Assembly: GCA_944414825.1 (NCBI GenBank)
Contig: CALYBN010000020.1
Span: forward strand, 9,277-73,276
DNA length: 64,000 bases
Direction: 5' to 3'
Source of the DNA: an uncultured Rikenellaceae bacterium
GTDB taxonomy: Bacteria > Bacteroidota > Bacteroidia > Bacteroidales > Rikenellaceae
Shown: positions 9,190 to 18,046 of the stretch, one piece after another
How the letters are laid out: each line of letters starts with the position of its first letter
How positions within the stretch are numbered: the first letter of the stretch is position 1
Program-made: the position numbers and the translations under genes
Notes under the pieces: generated by a model
Seen by the model: only the letters and a program-made list of their open reading frames with translations
The model's database searches: none
Told to the model about the DNA's origin: nothing

Positions 9190-10200
9190 ATGTCGTGGCA
9201 AGAGGATATCGAGCACTTTGTAACCTACCTGCGGGCAGAAAAGCGCTACTCGGAATATACCGTCCAGGGTTATGAACGGGATGTGCGTCGTTTCGTGGCC
9301 GATCTTCCGCAAATGCGGATGCCGAAGCCGGAGAAGCCGAGCGGCCGCAAGGGGGCCGCAACGCAGCCGGATCCGACGGCAGGAACTGGCCCGGCGTGTG
9401 ACTCTTCGTTTGATTTCCGTCTGGTGACGCCGGACGATATCCGGAATTGGGTTGTGTGGCTCTCGGACCGGCAGGATCTGAGTCCGGCTTCTGTAAACCG
9501 GATGGTGTGTTCGCTGCGGGGGATGTTCCGTTTCCTGCGGCGCACGGGAGCGGTGGAGGGCGATCCTTTTCTGCGAATCGGCTTTCTGAAAGTGCCCCAT
9601 CGGCTTCCGACCTATATTCCGGAGTCAAAAGTCGACCGGATCGTCGATGAATGGGATGTGGAGAGCGAAACGGACGACTTCCGCATGCAGAGAAATGCGT
9701 TGATTGTGCTTCTTTTTTATTCGACAGGCATGCGACTTGCAGAGTTGTTGGGGATCCGTATCTGCGACTTTTCGTCAGATTTCTGCGAATTGCGGATCCG
9801 GGGCAAAGGGAACAAGGAGCGCGTGGTGCCGATCTTGGAACATACGCGGGAAAAAATAGTGGCCTATGTGCGAAGAATTAAGTCTGAAAATATTTGCGGT
9901 TCCGATGAAAATTCTTTATTTTTAACGGAGAAAGGCAAACCGATTTCGCGCACCGAGGTGTATCAGATTGTGCGGAGGGAGTTGACCCGGGCCGGGATAC
10001 AGGGCAAGCGCAGCCCGCACGTATTGCGGCATACGTTCGCCACCCATATGCTCAACGACGGGGCGGACATCCGGGAGATTCAGGAGTTGCTGGGGCATAA
10101 TTCGCTGGCAGCCACACAAGTATATACACACAACAGTATCGCTCGGCTGAAGGAGGTTTACAAGGAAGCCCATCCACGGGCTCATAAAAATAAAAAATAG
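9190..10200 (+). CDS. Tyrosine site-specific recombinase, XerC/XerD type
   Basis: The C-terminal catalytic region carries RHTFATHML and LLGHNSLAATQVYTH (R..HxxR..Y). The N-terminal SAM-like domain contains a Pro/Gly-rich insert. Confidence 0.85.
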   Translation: MSWQEDIEHFVTYLRAEKRYSEYTVQGYERDVRRFVADLPQMRMPKPEKPSGRKGAATQPDPTAGTGPACDSSFDFRLVTPDDIRNWVVWLSDRQDLSPASVNRMVCSLRGMFRFLRRTGAVEGDPFLRIGFLKVPHRLPTYIPESKVDRIVDEWDVESETDDFRMQRNALIVLLFYSTGMRLAELLGIRICDFSSDFCELRIRGKGNKERVVPILEHTREKIVAYVRRIKSENICGSDENSLFLTEKGKPISRTEVYQIVRRELTRAGIQGKRSPHVLRHTFATHMLNDGADIREIQELLGHNSLAATQVYTHNSIARLKEVYKEAHPRAHKNKK

Positions 10201-10212
10201 GAGGAATTGATT

Positions 10213-10509
10213 ATGAACGTGAAGATTCAGTCCGTGAAGTTCGATGCAGACAAGAAACTGGTCGATTTCGTAAATGGCAAGATGGCGAAACTGGAACGGT
10301 TCGTGGAGGGAGCCACCTCGGCCGAAGTGATCATGAAACTGGACAAGGACACCGAACGAGGCAATAAGGTAGTGACGATCAAGATAAACGTTCCGGGAGA
10401 TGAACTGGTCACCGAGCAGCGTAGCAAGAGCTTCGAAGAGTCGGTCGACGAGGGCCTCGATGCCATCAAGAAACAGATCGCGAAATATAAGGAGAGATTC
10501 GCCAAGTAG
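10213..10509 (+). CDS. hpf: Ribosome hibernation/ribosome-associated inhibitor, short HPF/RaiA type
   Basis: MNVKIQSVKFDADKKLVDFVNGKMAKLERF and about 98 aa are typical of the family. I moved the start to the ATG at 10213. Confidence 0.85.
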   Translation: MNVKIQSVKFDADKKLVDFVNGKMAKLERFVEGATSAEVIMKLDKDTERGNKVVTIKINVPGDELVTEQRSKSFEESVDEGLDAIKKQIAKYKERFAK

Positions 10510-10546
10510 CGCGCAAGGGAAGGCGTAATGTAAGCTCCTTTGAATC

Positions 10547-10585
10547 AGACAGCCGCCGGATTTGCCGGTTGGCTGTCTTTTTTTG
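10547..10585 (+). terminator. Intrinsic terminator after hpf
   Basis: AGACAGCC plus GCCGG pairs with CCGGT plus GGCTGTCT, followed by a T8 run. Confidence 0.7.
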
Positions 10586-10626
10586 TCGTTTCACGGAGGG
10601 ATCGGTATGGGTTAGTGAATTTTTTG

Positions 10627-10634
10627 TACTTTTG
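10627..10634 (+). promoter_or_regulatory. Candidate -7 promoter box (TACTTTTG) for the large OMP gene
   Basis: TAnnTTTG match 53 nt upstream of the ATG at 10687. Confidence 0.45.
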
Positions 10635-10686
10635 ATCCCGTTAACCGGACAATTTTCTGGTTTTTGCTACCCCAAAATTGAATACC

Positions 10687-13600
10687 ATGAAACAGATCGT
10701 GACCTTTTTCATCGCTTTTGTCTTACTGGCTGTTCTGCCTCCTGCGCTGCAAGCTCAACGGAAGAGTGCCGAAGTGAAAGGGAAAGTGGTCGATGCTGTC
10801 AAAAAAACACCATTGGAGAGTGCTGTGGTGTCGGTTCGTTTCGGAAGCGACTCCTTGCATCGGGTGACTGACCGTAACGGTCTGTTCTCGGTCAGCGGGC
10901 TGCGGACCGGAGAGGTTCAGGTCCGGGTTACGTTTTTGGGATACAAGGCGGTCGAGAAGCGGTTTACATTGGGATCGAAAGATGTCGATCTGGGAACGAT
11001 CGCTCTGGAAGAGGATGTAAGCCAGATCGATGCCGTAACCGTCGAGGGCGAGGTGCCTCTGATGACACAGACGGGCGATACGATCAAATATAATGCTGCA
11101 GCCATCAAAAGCCTGACGGATGATTTTGCCGTCGACCTGGTGGAGAAACTCCCCGGGGTCGAGGTCGACGAGGAGGGTGGCGTGACGGCGATGGGGAAGA
11201 CCGTGGACTGGGCCTTCGTCGACGGGAAGTTGCTGTTCGGACGAAATGTGGAGAATACCCTGAATAATCTCCGCGCGTCGGATATCCAGTCAGTACGGGT
11301 GTACGACGTGGCTAACCCCGAAAAACCCATCGACCCGAACAACATCCGCGAGGAGGATAAGCAGCGTGTGATCGACATCGAGACCAAAAGTAAGCCGAAC
11401 CATATATATAATATTGAACTGCGAGGCGGCTGGGGGCGTGATGTGGACAATCCACGCGAGGGTACTCCGCAGAACCGTTATACGGGTAGTGGTGAGATAC
11501 GGTCATTCAGGGAGAAACTGGTGCTCGGGCTTTCGGCCTACGGGAACAACATCACGGGACAAGGCAACCGTTTCCGCGGCCGCTTCGGGCCGATCCCGGA
11601 CGAGGGGGGAGCCGTAGCAGGGTATTCGCGTTATAACGGCGCTTCGCTTAATATTGATCGCTCCAATCCCTTTCTTGATCGCGACAAATTGAGGTTCTCG
11701 GTGGGGTATAATTTCTCGAATCAACATAACGAGAATGGAAATGTCTCACAGAAAATCTATTTCAAAGACGACCGTTTTACGGCCGATACCTCGTCGAGCG
11801 GGAGCGACTCTTACAGTCACAATGTCAACCTGCGGCTGATGAAGATCTTCGACAACCGGATTTTTTCCATTTTTAGCACCTCGTTCTCTGCGACAGAGAA
11901 TCAGAATGAACAGGAGCGGGCTACGCTCGCCATGCTGGGAGATCAACTGCTCAATTATGTGCCGACATTCAATCGGAACCGTACGAGGAGCTATTCTACT
12001 TCGGGCTCTCTGAATGTTATGATTCCCTTGAAGAAGCCTTCCAGCAGCAGCGAGACTGCGGCCGAAGCACAAACTCAACCCGTACCGGCACAAGTGACGG
12101 CACCGGTTGTTGGGGCAGGGCGCTTCTCGACCGGCAGAGGTCCCGGGGCTGGCGGAATGAGCCGGGGCGGTGGAACTCGAGGTGGTGCGGGAGGAGGTCC
12201 CGTGATTCGGAGAATCCGGCCGGGAGGAGTGGTGACGGTTACGACGCCGGAAGGAACGGAGATTGTGTCCGGGGGGACGAATGTGCCGGACAGTACGCAG
12301 AGCAGGGGAGGTGTCACCGATAGTACGTTGCGCAGGCGAATGCTTCCCGATAGTGCATTCCGCAGAAGGATTATGCCAGACAGTATGGCGGGAGGACGAG
12401 TTGTGCCCGACAGTGTGGCTCGTGGGCAATCTCCTGTTGCCGATGACGCAAAGACTCTGGAAGCACGCCCTGCTACGGAAAATCCGGCCGAGACGAAACC
12501 CGCTGCGACCTCCCAAGCAGAACGTCCTGCGGCGCGAGTTGTAGCTATTCCGGGGGGAGCAGGTGGTCCTGGCGTTCCTGGCAGAGGGCCTATGATGATG
12601 AACATGTCGAGGCCTTATCGTCTGATGCCGATTCTGGGGACCCGTGTCCAGTGGTCGTACAGTGATAGCCGGGGGAACGGCCTGCGCGATACGTGGCAGG
12701 CTGACAGTACGGCATCGGATCCCACGCGGACCGTGCTGACAACCCATTCCGGCGGATATAAGAAAGGCATCGATGCTGCGGTGAGTCTGCACGACCTGCA
12801 AATATGGAATACTCTGAGCCTGAACTCCTCCTATCAGTTCAATTACGATCACTCCAAGTCGCGGCAGCTGGCCATCGACAACATGACCGGCCTGATCGAC
12901 TCGACCGTGGCGTTTAACTATACGCGGAATTATATCACACAGCAGCTTGATGAGCGGTTCGTGTGGTTCCTGCGAGAGAAGTCAATGGAGATTCGTGTCG
13001 GAGCGATCTTCAAGACCTCCTGGTCGGACCGCGACGAGCACATGCCGCGGGAGTTGTTTGACCGGAGGACATTCATTTCGTTGTTGCCGCAGTTCACGAT
13101 CGGATCACGGTACGAAGAGTCGTTTCCCTCCTCTCCCAACTGGAAGGTGACCTATTCGGCCCAGTCGTCGGAACCGTCCCTGGAGTCGATGCGAAATTGG
13201 CTGGACACGAAATCTTCCATGTCGTTGGAACTGGGTAATCCGTCGCTCAAGCAGAGTTATACCCACAGTATCGATATGAACTTCTTCAAGAGCAATGTGG
13301 AGGAGTCGACTACGCTCAATCTTTCGCTGTCGGCCAGCTATACCCATAACGACATCGCGACCAAGCGGATCACCTTTAATCAGGATACGCCGCTGCCCGA
13401 GTATGACTATACGGCATTGGCGGGATCGACCCTGACCACGTATGAGAATATCGACGGTGCAGTCTCTTCGGCTCTGCGTTTCGGATTGCACAATCCCGTG
13501 TTTAAGGATAAGTTTATCCTGCGTTCGTCGCTTGGATTCAGTTTTAATCGTCGTCCGGCCTATATTGCCGATCAGAAGAACTTTACGCTCAGCTCATCGC

Positions 13601-14046
13601 CTTCGCTCGACCTGGAGTTGCGGAGCAACCATTCCCGGAAAGTGGAGTATCGCATTTCGTCGCGGACGGGTTATGTCTATTCGTCGAATACGGCAGGTGG
13701 AGACAACAAGTCGTTCACACAGCGGGCGGCGTTCCATCTGACCCTGCGTCTCGAGCATCTGGAGTTCAATACCTCGTACATGTACTATTATTATCATAGT
13801 ACGAAGGCGGCGGACGTGAACAACAATATCCTGAATGCCTCGCTTTCCTATCGTTTCATGAAAAATCGCGGAGAGTTGCGGATCGCTGCGTATGATATCC
13901 TGAATCGGAATGAAAGCTTCTCTTCGTCAGTCTATTCCGATTATGTGCAGAATACTTGGCGGCAGGTGATGAGCCGCTATTTTACCGTGACGTTGGGTTT
14001 CCGATTCAATAATAGCGGGATGCCTTCTCGTCCGCCTCGTTCTTGA
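10687..14046 (+). CDS. Outer-membrane protein with a carboxypeptidase-regulatory-like N-domain, a plug-like segment and a beta-barrel, carrying a large low-complexity insert
   Basis: Signal peptide MKQIVTFFIAFVLLAVLPPALQAQ. The KGKVVDAVKKTPLESAVV...VTFLGYK segment resembles CarboxypepD_reg. A plug-like LVEKLPGVEVDEEG segment follows. The C-terminal half is rich in alternating Y/S/N/F beta-strand patterns. The frame is unbroken over 1119 codons. Confidence 0.8.
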   Translation: MKQIVTFFIAFVLLAVLPPALQAQRKSAEVKGKVVDAVKKTPLESAVVSVRFGSDSLHRVTDRNGLFSVSGLRTGEVQVRVTFLGYKAVEKRFTLGSKDVDLGTIALEEDVSQIDAVTVEGEVPLMTQTGDTIKYNAAAIKSLTDDFAVDLVEKLPGVEVDEEGGVTAMGKTVDWAFVDGKLLFGRNVENTLNNLRASDIQSVRVYDVANPEKPIDPNNIREEDKQRVIDIETKSKPNHIYNIELRGGWGRDVDNPREGTPQNRYTGSGEIRSFREKLVLGLSAYGNNITGQGNRFRGRFGPIPDEGGAVAGYSRYNGASLNIDRSNPFLDRDKLRFSVGYNFSNQHNENGNVSQKIYFKDDRFTADTSSSGSDSYSHNVNLRLMKIFDNRIFSIFSTSFSATENQNEQERATLAMLGDQLLNYVPTFNRNRTRSYSTSGSLNVMIPLKKPSSSSETAAEAQTQPVPAQVTAPVVGAGRFSTGRGPGAGGMSRGGGTRGGAGGGPVIRRIRPGGVVTVTTPEGTEIVSGGTNVPDSTQSRGGVTDSTLRRRMLPDSAFRRRIMPDSMAGGRVVPDSVARGQSPVADDAKTLEARPATENPAETKPAATSQAERPAARVVAIPGGAGGPGVPGRGPMMMNMSRPYRLMPILGTRVQWSYSDSRGNGLRDTWQADSTASDPTRTVLTTHSGGYKKGIDAAVSLHDLQIWNTLSLNSSYQFNYDHSKSRQLAIDNMTGLIDSTVAFNYTRNYITQQLDERFVWFLREKSMEIRVGAIFKTSWSDRDEHMPRELFDRRTFISLLPQFTIGSRYEESFPSSPNWKVTYSAQSSEPSLESMRNWLDTKSSMSLELGNPSLKQSYTHSIDMNFFKSNVEESTTLNLSLSASYTHNDIATKRITFNQDTPLPEYDYTALAGSTLTTYENIDGAVSSALRFGLHNPVFKDKFILRSSLGFSFNRRPAYIADQKNFTLSSSPSLDLELRSNHSRKVEYRISSRTGYVYSSNTAGGDNKSFTQRAAFHLTLRLEHLEFNTSYMYYYYHSTKAADVNNNILNASLSYRFMKNRGELRIAAYDILNRNESFSSSVYSDYVQNTWRQVMSRYFTVTLGFRFNNSGMPSRPPRS
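12286..12435 (+). repeat. Five tandem, degenerate, in-frame 30-nt repeats inside the OMP gene
   Basis: Units start at 12286, 12316, 12346, 12376 and 12406. They encode PDSTQSRGGV, TDSTLRRRML, PDSAFRRRIM, PDSMAGGRVV and PDSVARGQSP. Confidence 0.85.
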
Positions 14047-14271
14047 TATGCAGGGTTTTAGCAGAAGGGTCGGATATGAAGTGTCGGAGGATTCTTTTTT
14101 TTGAAAATAGGTGGAATAAAAGTTGCCAGATTGCAAAAAGTGTTGTACTTTTGAGACCAAATTTGCGCAGGATCGGAGTGTGTCAGAGCGTTCGGTCTGT
14201 TTTTTTGGGCAATTTTGGGAAAAATCGTTAAAATTTGATCCGCATATTTTGCGTATTAATAATTTTATACG

Positions 14272-14279
14272 TATTTTTG
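14272..14279 (+). promoter_or_regulatory. Candidate -7 promoter box (TATTTTTG) for the tRNA-tuf operon
   Basis: TAnnTTTG match 23 nt upstream of the tRNA-Thr 5' end, in an AT-rich spacer. Confidence 0.5.
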
Positions 14280-14301
14280 CAGCCCTAAAATGCTGTAATT
14301 T

Positions 14302-14375
14302 GCCGATGTAGCTCAGTTGGCCAGAGCAGCTGATTTGTAATCAGCTGGTCGGGGGTTCGAATCCCTCCATCGGCT
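14302..14375 (+). tRNA. tRNA-Thr (anticodon UGU)
   Basis: Manual cloverleaf fold. Acceptor GCCGATG/CATCGGC, anticodon loop TTTGTAA, T-loop TTCGAAT. Confidence 0.9.
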
Positions 14376-14480
14376 CAGGGAAATAGTTGTGCTGTAAATT
14401 GTTGCAGGACAGTGTTATGGTGGAGCCCCTATGGAAGAAGAGGAAGAGATAGAAGAGAGGGGAAGTTCTGACAAGATATT

Positions 14481-14566
14481 GGGAGAATACCAGAGTGGCC
14501 AAATGGGGCAGACTGTAAATCTGCTGACGTATGTCTTCGGTGGTTCGAATCCATCTTCTCCCACCA
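14481..14566 (+). tRNA. tRNA-Tyr (anticodon GUA), with a long variable arm and encoded CCA
   Basis: Acceptor GGGAGAA/TTCTCCC, anticodon loop CTGTAAA, a 13-nt variable arm, T-loop TTCGAAT and a 3' ACCA. Confidence 0.9.
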
Positions 14567-14571
14567 GTTTT

Positions 14572-14644
14572 GCGGAAGTAGCTCAGTTGATAGAGCATCA
14601 GCCTTCCAAGCTGAGGGTCGCGAGTTTGAGCCTCGTCTTCCGCT
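14572..14644 (+). tRNA. tRNA-Gly (anticodon UCC)
   Basis: Acceptor GCGGAAG/CTTCCGC and anticodon loop CTTCCAA. Confidence 0.9.
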
Positions 14645-14718
14645 CTAGGAAAGAAGAAAAAAGAGAATTAGGCGCGTAGTTTAATTTAAACAGAATTAAT
14701 TCTAAATACTTTCAGATT

Positions 14719-15903
14719 ATGGCAAAAGAAAAATTTGACAGGTCCAAACCGCACGTAAACATCGGTACCATCGGACACGTTGACCACGGTAAAACGACTC
14801 TTACCGCTGCAATTACCACTGTACTTGCAAAACAGGGTCTTTCTGAACTCCGTTCCTTCGACTCGATCGACAACGCTCCCGAGGAAAAAGAGCGTGGTAT
14901 CACGATCAACACCGCTCACGTAGAGTACCAGACTGCCAACCGTCACTACGCACACGTAGACTGCCCGGGACACGCCGACTATGTGAAGAACATGGTAACG
15001 GGTGCCGCTCAGATGGATGGTGCCATTCTGGTAGTTGCTGCAACCGACGGTCCTATGCCTCAGACCAACGAGCACGTTCTGTTGGCTCGTCAGGTGAACG
15101 TACCGCGTATTGTTGTGTTCCTGAACAAGTGCGATATGGTTGACGATCCCGAGATGCTCGACCTCGTTGAGATGGAGGTTCGTGACCTGCTCAACAAATA
15201 TAACTTCGACGGCGACAACGCTCCGATCATCCGCGGATCCGCTCTGGGTGCCCTGAACGGCGAACCCCAGTGGGAGCAGAAGGTTATCGAGCTGATGGAC
15301 GCTGTAGATACCTATATTCCGATTCCTACGCGTGACAATGAGAAACCGTTCTTGATGCCTGTTGAGGACGTCTTCTCGATCACCGGTCGTGGTACCGTGC
15401 TGACGGGTCGTATCGAGACGGGTGTGATCCATGTAGGTGATCCCGTTGAGATTATCGGTATCGGCGAGACGCTGAGCTCGACCTGCACCGGCGTGGAGAT
15501 GTTCCGCAAGTTGCTCGATGAGGGCGAGGCTGGTGACAACGTAGGTCTGCTGATGCGTGGTATCGACAAGAAGGATGTTAAACGTGGTATGGTAGTCGCT
15601 AAACCGGGTTCGGTACATCCTCACACGAAGTTCAAAGCAGAGGTTTATATCCTGAAGAAAGAGGAAGGTGGTCGTCACACTCCGTTCCACAACAAATATC
15701 GTCCTCAGTTCTACATCCGTACGATGGACGTTACCGGTGAGGTAAGTCTGCCGGAAGGCGTAGATATGGTAATGCCGGGCGACAACGTAACCATCACCGT
15801 AGAGTTGATCTACGCTGTGGCTCTGAACGTAGGTCTGCGTTTCGCAATCCGCGAGGGCGGTCGTACGGTAGGTGCCGGTCAGATCACCGAGATTCTCGAC
15901 TAG
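14719..15903 (+). CDS. tuf: Elongation factor Tu
   Basis: 394 aa, beginning [33 protein letters not shown], with the DCPGH and NKCD GTPase motifs. Confidence 0.99.
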   Translation: MAKEKFDRSKPHVNIGTIGHVDHGKTTLTAAITTVLAKQGLSELRSFDSIDNAPEEKERGITINTAHVEYQTANRHYAHVDCPGHADYVKNMVTGAAQMDGAILVVAATDGPMPQTNEHVLLARQVNVPRIVVFLNKCDMVDDPEMLDLVEMEVRDLLNKYNFDGDNAPIIRGSALGALNGEPQWEQKVIELMDAVDTYIPIPTRDNEKPFLMPVEDVFSITGRGTVLTGRIETGVIHVGDPVEIIGIGETLSSTCTGVEMFRKLLDEGEAGDNVGLLMRGIDKKDVKRGMVVAKPGSVHPHTKFKAEVYILKKEEGGRHTPFHNKYRPQFYIRTMDVTGEVSLPEGVDMVMPGDNVTITVELIYAVALNVGLRFAIREGGRTVGAGQITEILD

Positions 15904-15951
15904 TAAATCAAGACTTCGCTGAGAAGTTGGTGGAGTTGAGATCAGATAACG

Positions 15952-15992
15952 GAAAGGGAGCAATAGCTCTTGTGAAGGCTCCCTTTCTTTTT
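15952..15992 (+). terminator. Terminator-like hairpin after tuf, directly abutting tRNA-Trp
   Basis: Perfect 10-bp stem GAAAGGGAGC / GCTCCCTTTC with a 16-nt loop, followed by TTTTT. The tRNA starts at the next base. Confidence 0.6.
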
Positions 15993-16063
15993 ACGAGTGT
16001 AGTTCAAGGGTAGAATAGCGGTCTCCAAAACCGTTGATGGGAGTTCGAATCTCTCCACTCGTG
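15993..16063 (+). tRNA. tRNA-Trp (anticodon CCA)
   Basis: Acceptor ACGAGTG/CACTCGT (an A1-U72 pair and G73, as in E. coli tRNA-Trp), anticodon loop CTCCAAA, T-loop TTCGAAT. Confidence 0.85.
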
Positions 16064-16080
16064 CAAAATTTACACAAGAT

Positions 16081-16272
16081 ATGAGACTGGTAAATTATGT
16101 AAAAAACTCTTACGCGGAGCTGGTTCAAAAAGTGACATGGCCTACTTTCGGCGAATTACAGAACTCGGCAATAGTTGTTATGGTTGCTTCCCTGCTGTTT
16201 GCCCTGGTAATTCTGGCGATGGACCTGAGCTTTGAGAACATCATGAAATTCATCTACCGGTTGCTCTACTAA
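16081..16272 (+). CDS. secE: Preprotein translocase subunit SecE
   Basis: 63 aa with a single C-terminal TM helix (AIVVMVASLLFALVILAMDL). It sits in the canonical position upstream of nusG. Confidence 0.9.
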   Translation: MRLVNYVKNSYAELVQKVTWPTFGELQNSAIVVMVASLLFALVILAMDLSFENIMKFIYRLLY

Positions 16273-16294
16273 TTCATTTAATCCGTAAGAAGCG

Positions 16295-16858
16295 ATGAGC
16301 GAGAAAGAGCAAAAGCAGTGGTATGTGGTGCGAGCCATCGGCGGGAAGGAAAAAAAGGTGAAGGAGTACATCGAAAGCGAAATTCGACACCGTCACCTGG
16401 AGGAGTATGTCTCGCAGGTGCTGATTCCGACCGAAAAGGTCTATTCGATCCGCAACGGCAAGAAGATTAGCAAGGAGAAGGTATCGTATCCCGGTTATGT
16501 TTTGATTGAGGCTGCGTTTGTAGGAGAAATTCCGTTTATACTTCGTAATGTTCCTAACGTACTGGGCTTCCTCGGCGACACGAAAGAGGCCGGTAAACAG
16601 TTGCAGGCGACACCCCTCCGCCCTCAGGAGGTTAGCCGCATCTTGGGCCGTGTCGACGAAATGAGCGTTAGCGAAGAGGAAAACGAAGTTCCTTTCTTTG
16701 TTGGAGAGACGGTGAAAGTTACCGATGGTCCGTTCTCGAGTTTCGAGGGGACGATCGAGGCTGTCGACAACGATCGGAAGAAACTGACGGTTTCCGTGAA
16801 GATATTCGGGCGCAAGACTCCAATGGAGTTGAGCTTTATGCAAGTTGAAAAAGAATAA
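16295..16858 (+). CDS. nusG: Transcription termination/antitermination factor NusG
   Basis: NGN start [16 protein letters not shown] and a C-terminal KOW motif ([18 protein letters not shown]). Confidence 0.97.
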   Translation: MSEKEQKQWYVVRAIGGKEKKVKEYIESEIRHRHLEEYVSQVLIPTEKVYSIRNGKKISKEKVSYPGYVLIEAAFVGEIPFILRNVPNVLGFLGDTKEAGKQLQATPLRPQEVSRILGRVDEMSVSEEENEVPFFVGETVKVTDGPFSSFEGTIEAVDNDRKKLTVSVKIFGRKTPMELSFMQVEKE

Positions 16859-16875
16859 TTAACGAAAGGAAAATT

Positions 16876-17316
16876 ATGGCAAAAGAGATTGCTGCATTTA
16901 TTAAATTGCAGATCAAAGGTGGTGCCGCAAATCCTTCGCCTCCCGTAGGACCTGCACTGGGCTCCAAGGGCGTCAATATCATGGACTTCTGCAAGCAGTT
17001 CAATGCGAGGACGCAGGATAAGGCCGGCAAGGTGTTGCCCGTAATTATTACAGTTTACAGCGACAAGTCGTTTGATTTTGTAGTCAAACAGCCGCCTATC
17101 GCCATACAGCTCAAAGAAGCAGCCGGCGTGAAGACCGCTTCTGCCGAGCCGAACCGCACGAAAGTCGGTCAGGTGACGTGGGATCAGGTTAAAGCGATCG
17201 CTCAGGACAAGATGCCTGACATGAACTGCTTTACGATTGAGTCTGCTATGCATATGGTTGCCGGAACGGCACGTAGCATGGGCATTAATGTCGTAGGTGA
17301 ATTTCCTGAATTGTAA
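16876..17316 (+). CDS. rplK: 50S ribosomal protein L11
   Basis: Begins [43 protein letters not shown], as expected for L11. Confidence 0.98.
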   Translation: MAKEIAAFIKLQIKGGAANPSPPVGPALGSKGVNIMDFCKQFNARTQDKAGKVLPVIITVYSDKSFDFVVKQPPIAIQLKEAAGVKTASAEPNRTKVGQVTWDQVKAIAQDKMPDMNCFTIESAMHMVAGTARSMGINVVGEFPEL

Positions 17317-17336
17317 GTAAAAAATTACGGACGAAA

Positions 17337-18035
17337 ATGAGTAAGCTGACCAAAAATCAAAAAATAGCTCTCGCTAAGGTTGAAGCCGGCAAGGTGTACA
17401 AGCTCAGCGAAGCGGCGGCTCTTTTGAAGGATATCACCTATACGAAGTTCGATGCATCAGTGGATCTGGATGTTCGTCTGGGTGTCGACCCTCGGAAAGC
17501 CAATCAGATGGTCCGGGGCGTTGTGACGCTGCCTCATGGTACGGGCAAACAGGTGCGCGTGCTGGTGCTTTGTACTCCCGACAAGGAGACCGAAGCCAAG
17601 GAAGCCGGAGCCGACTACGTAGGTCTGGACGAATATGTCGAGAAGATCAAAGGCGGTTGGACCGACGTGGATGTGATCATTACTACGCCGAACGTCATGG
17701 GTAAGGTTGGTGCGCTGGGCCGTATTCTGGGACCCCGCGGCTTGATGCCGAACCCCAAAACGGGTACGGTGACTATGGAAGTAGGCAAAGCTGTAAAAGA
17801 GGTGAAAGCCGGTAAGATCGACTTCAAGGTGGACAAGTTCGGTATCGTTCACTCGTCGATCGGTAAGGTGTCGTTCACTCCGCAGCAGATCGAGGAGAAT
17901 GCCAAAGAGTTTATCGGCATGATCCAGAAGCTGAAACCTACTACTGCTAAGGGTACTTACATGCTGAGTATCTATCTTTCGTCGACCATGAGCCCCGGCT
18001 TGCAGGTAGATCCCAAATCGGTTGAAACCAAATAA
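17337..18035 (+). CDS. rplA: 50S ribosomal protein L1
   Basis: 232 aa containing [13 protein letters not shown], in the conserved operon position. Confidence 0.98.
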   Translation: MSKLTKNQKIALAKVEAGKVYKLSEAAALLKDITYTKFDASVDLDVRLGVDPRKANQMVRGVVTLPHGTGKQVRVLVLCTPDKETEAKEAGADYVGLDEYVEKIKGGWTDVDVIITTPNVMGKVGALGRILGPRGLMPNPKTGTVTMEVGKAVKEVKAGKIDFKVDKFGIVHSSIGKVSFTPQQIEENAKEFIGMIQKLKPTTAKGTYMLSIYLSSTMSPGLQVDPKSVETK

Positions 18036-18046
18036 AACTGAAAACC

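Noticed and set aside
9190-10200. The tyrosine recombinase, about 4 kb from a tRNA cluster, as a sign of an integrative mobile element.
   Set aside because: It sits between rpsU and hpf and has Xer-type motifs. I see no flanking direct repeats or tRNA 3'-end duplications, and no cargo genes typical of an island. The only accessory-looking neighbour is the OMP, which is reported separately.
14341-14679. ORFs of 82-85 aa overlapping the tRNA-Thr/Tyr/Gly genes.
   Set aside because: They overlap confidently folded tRNA genes and are artefacts of six-frame translation.
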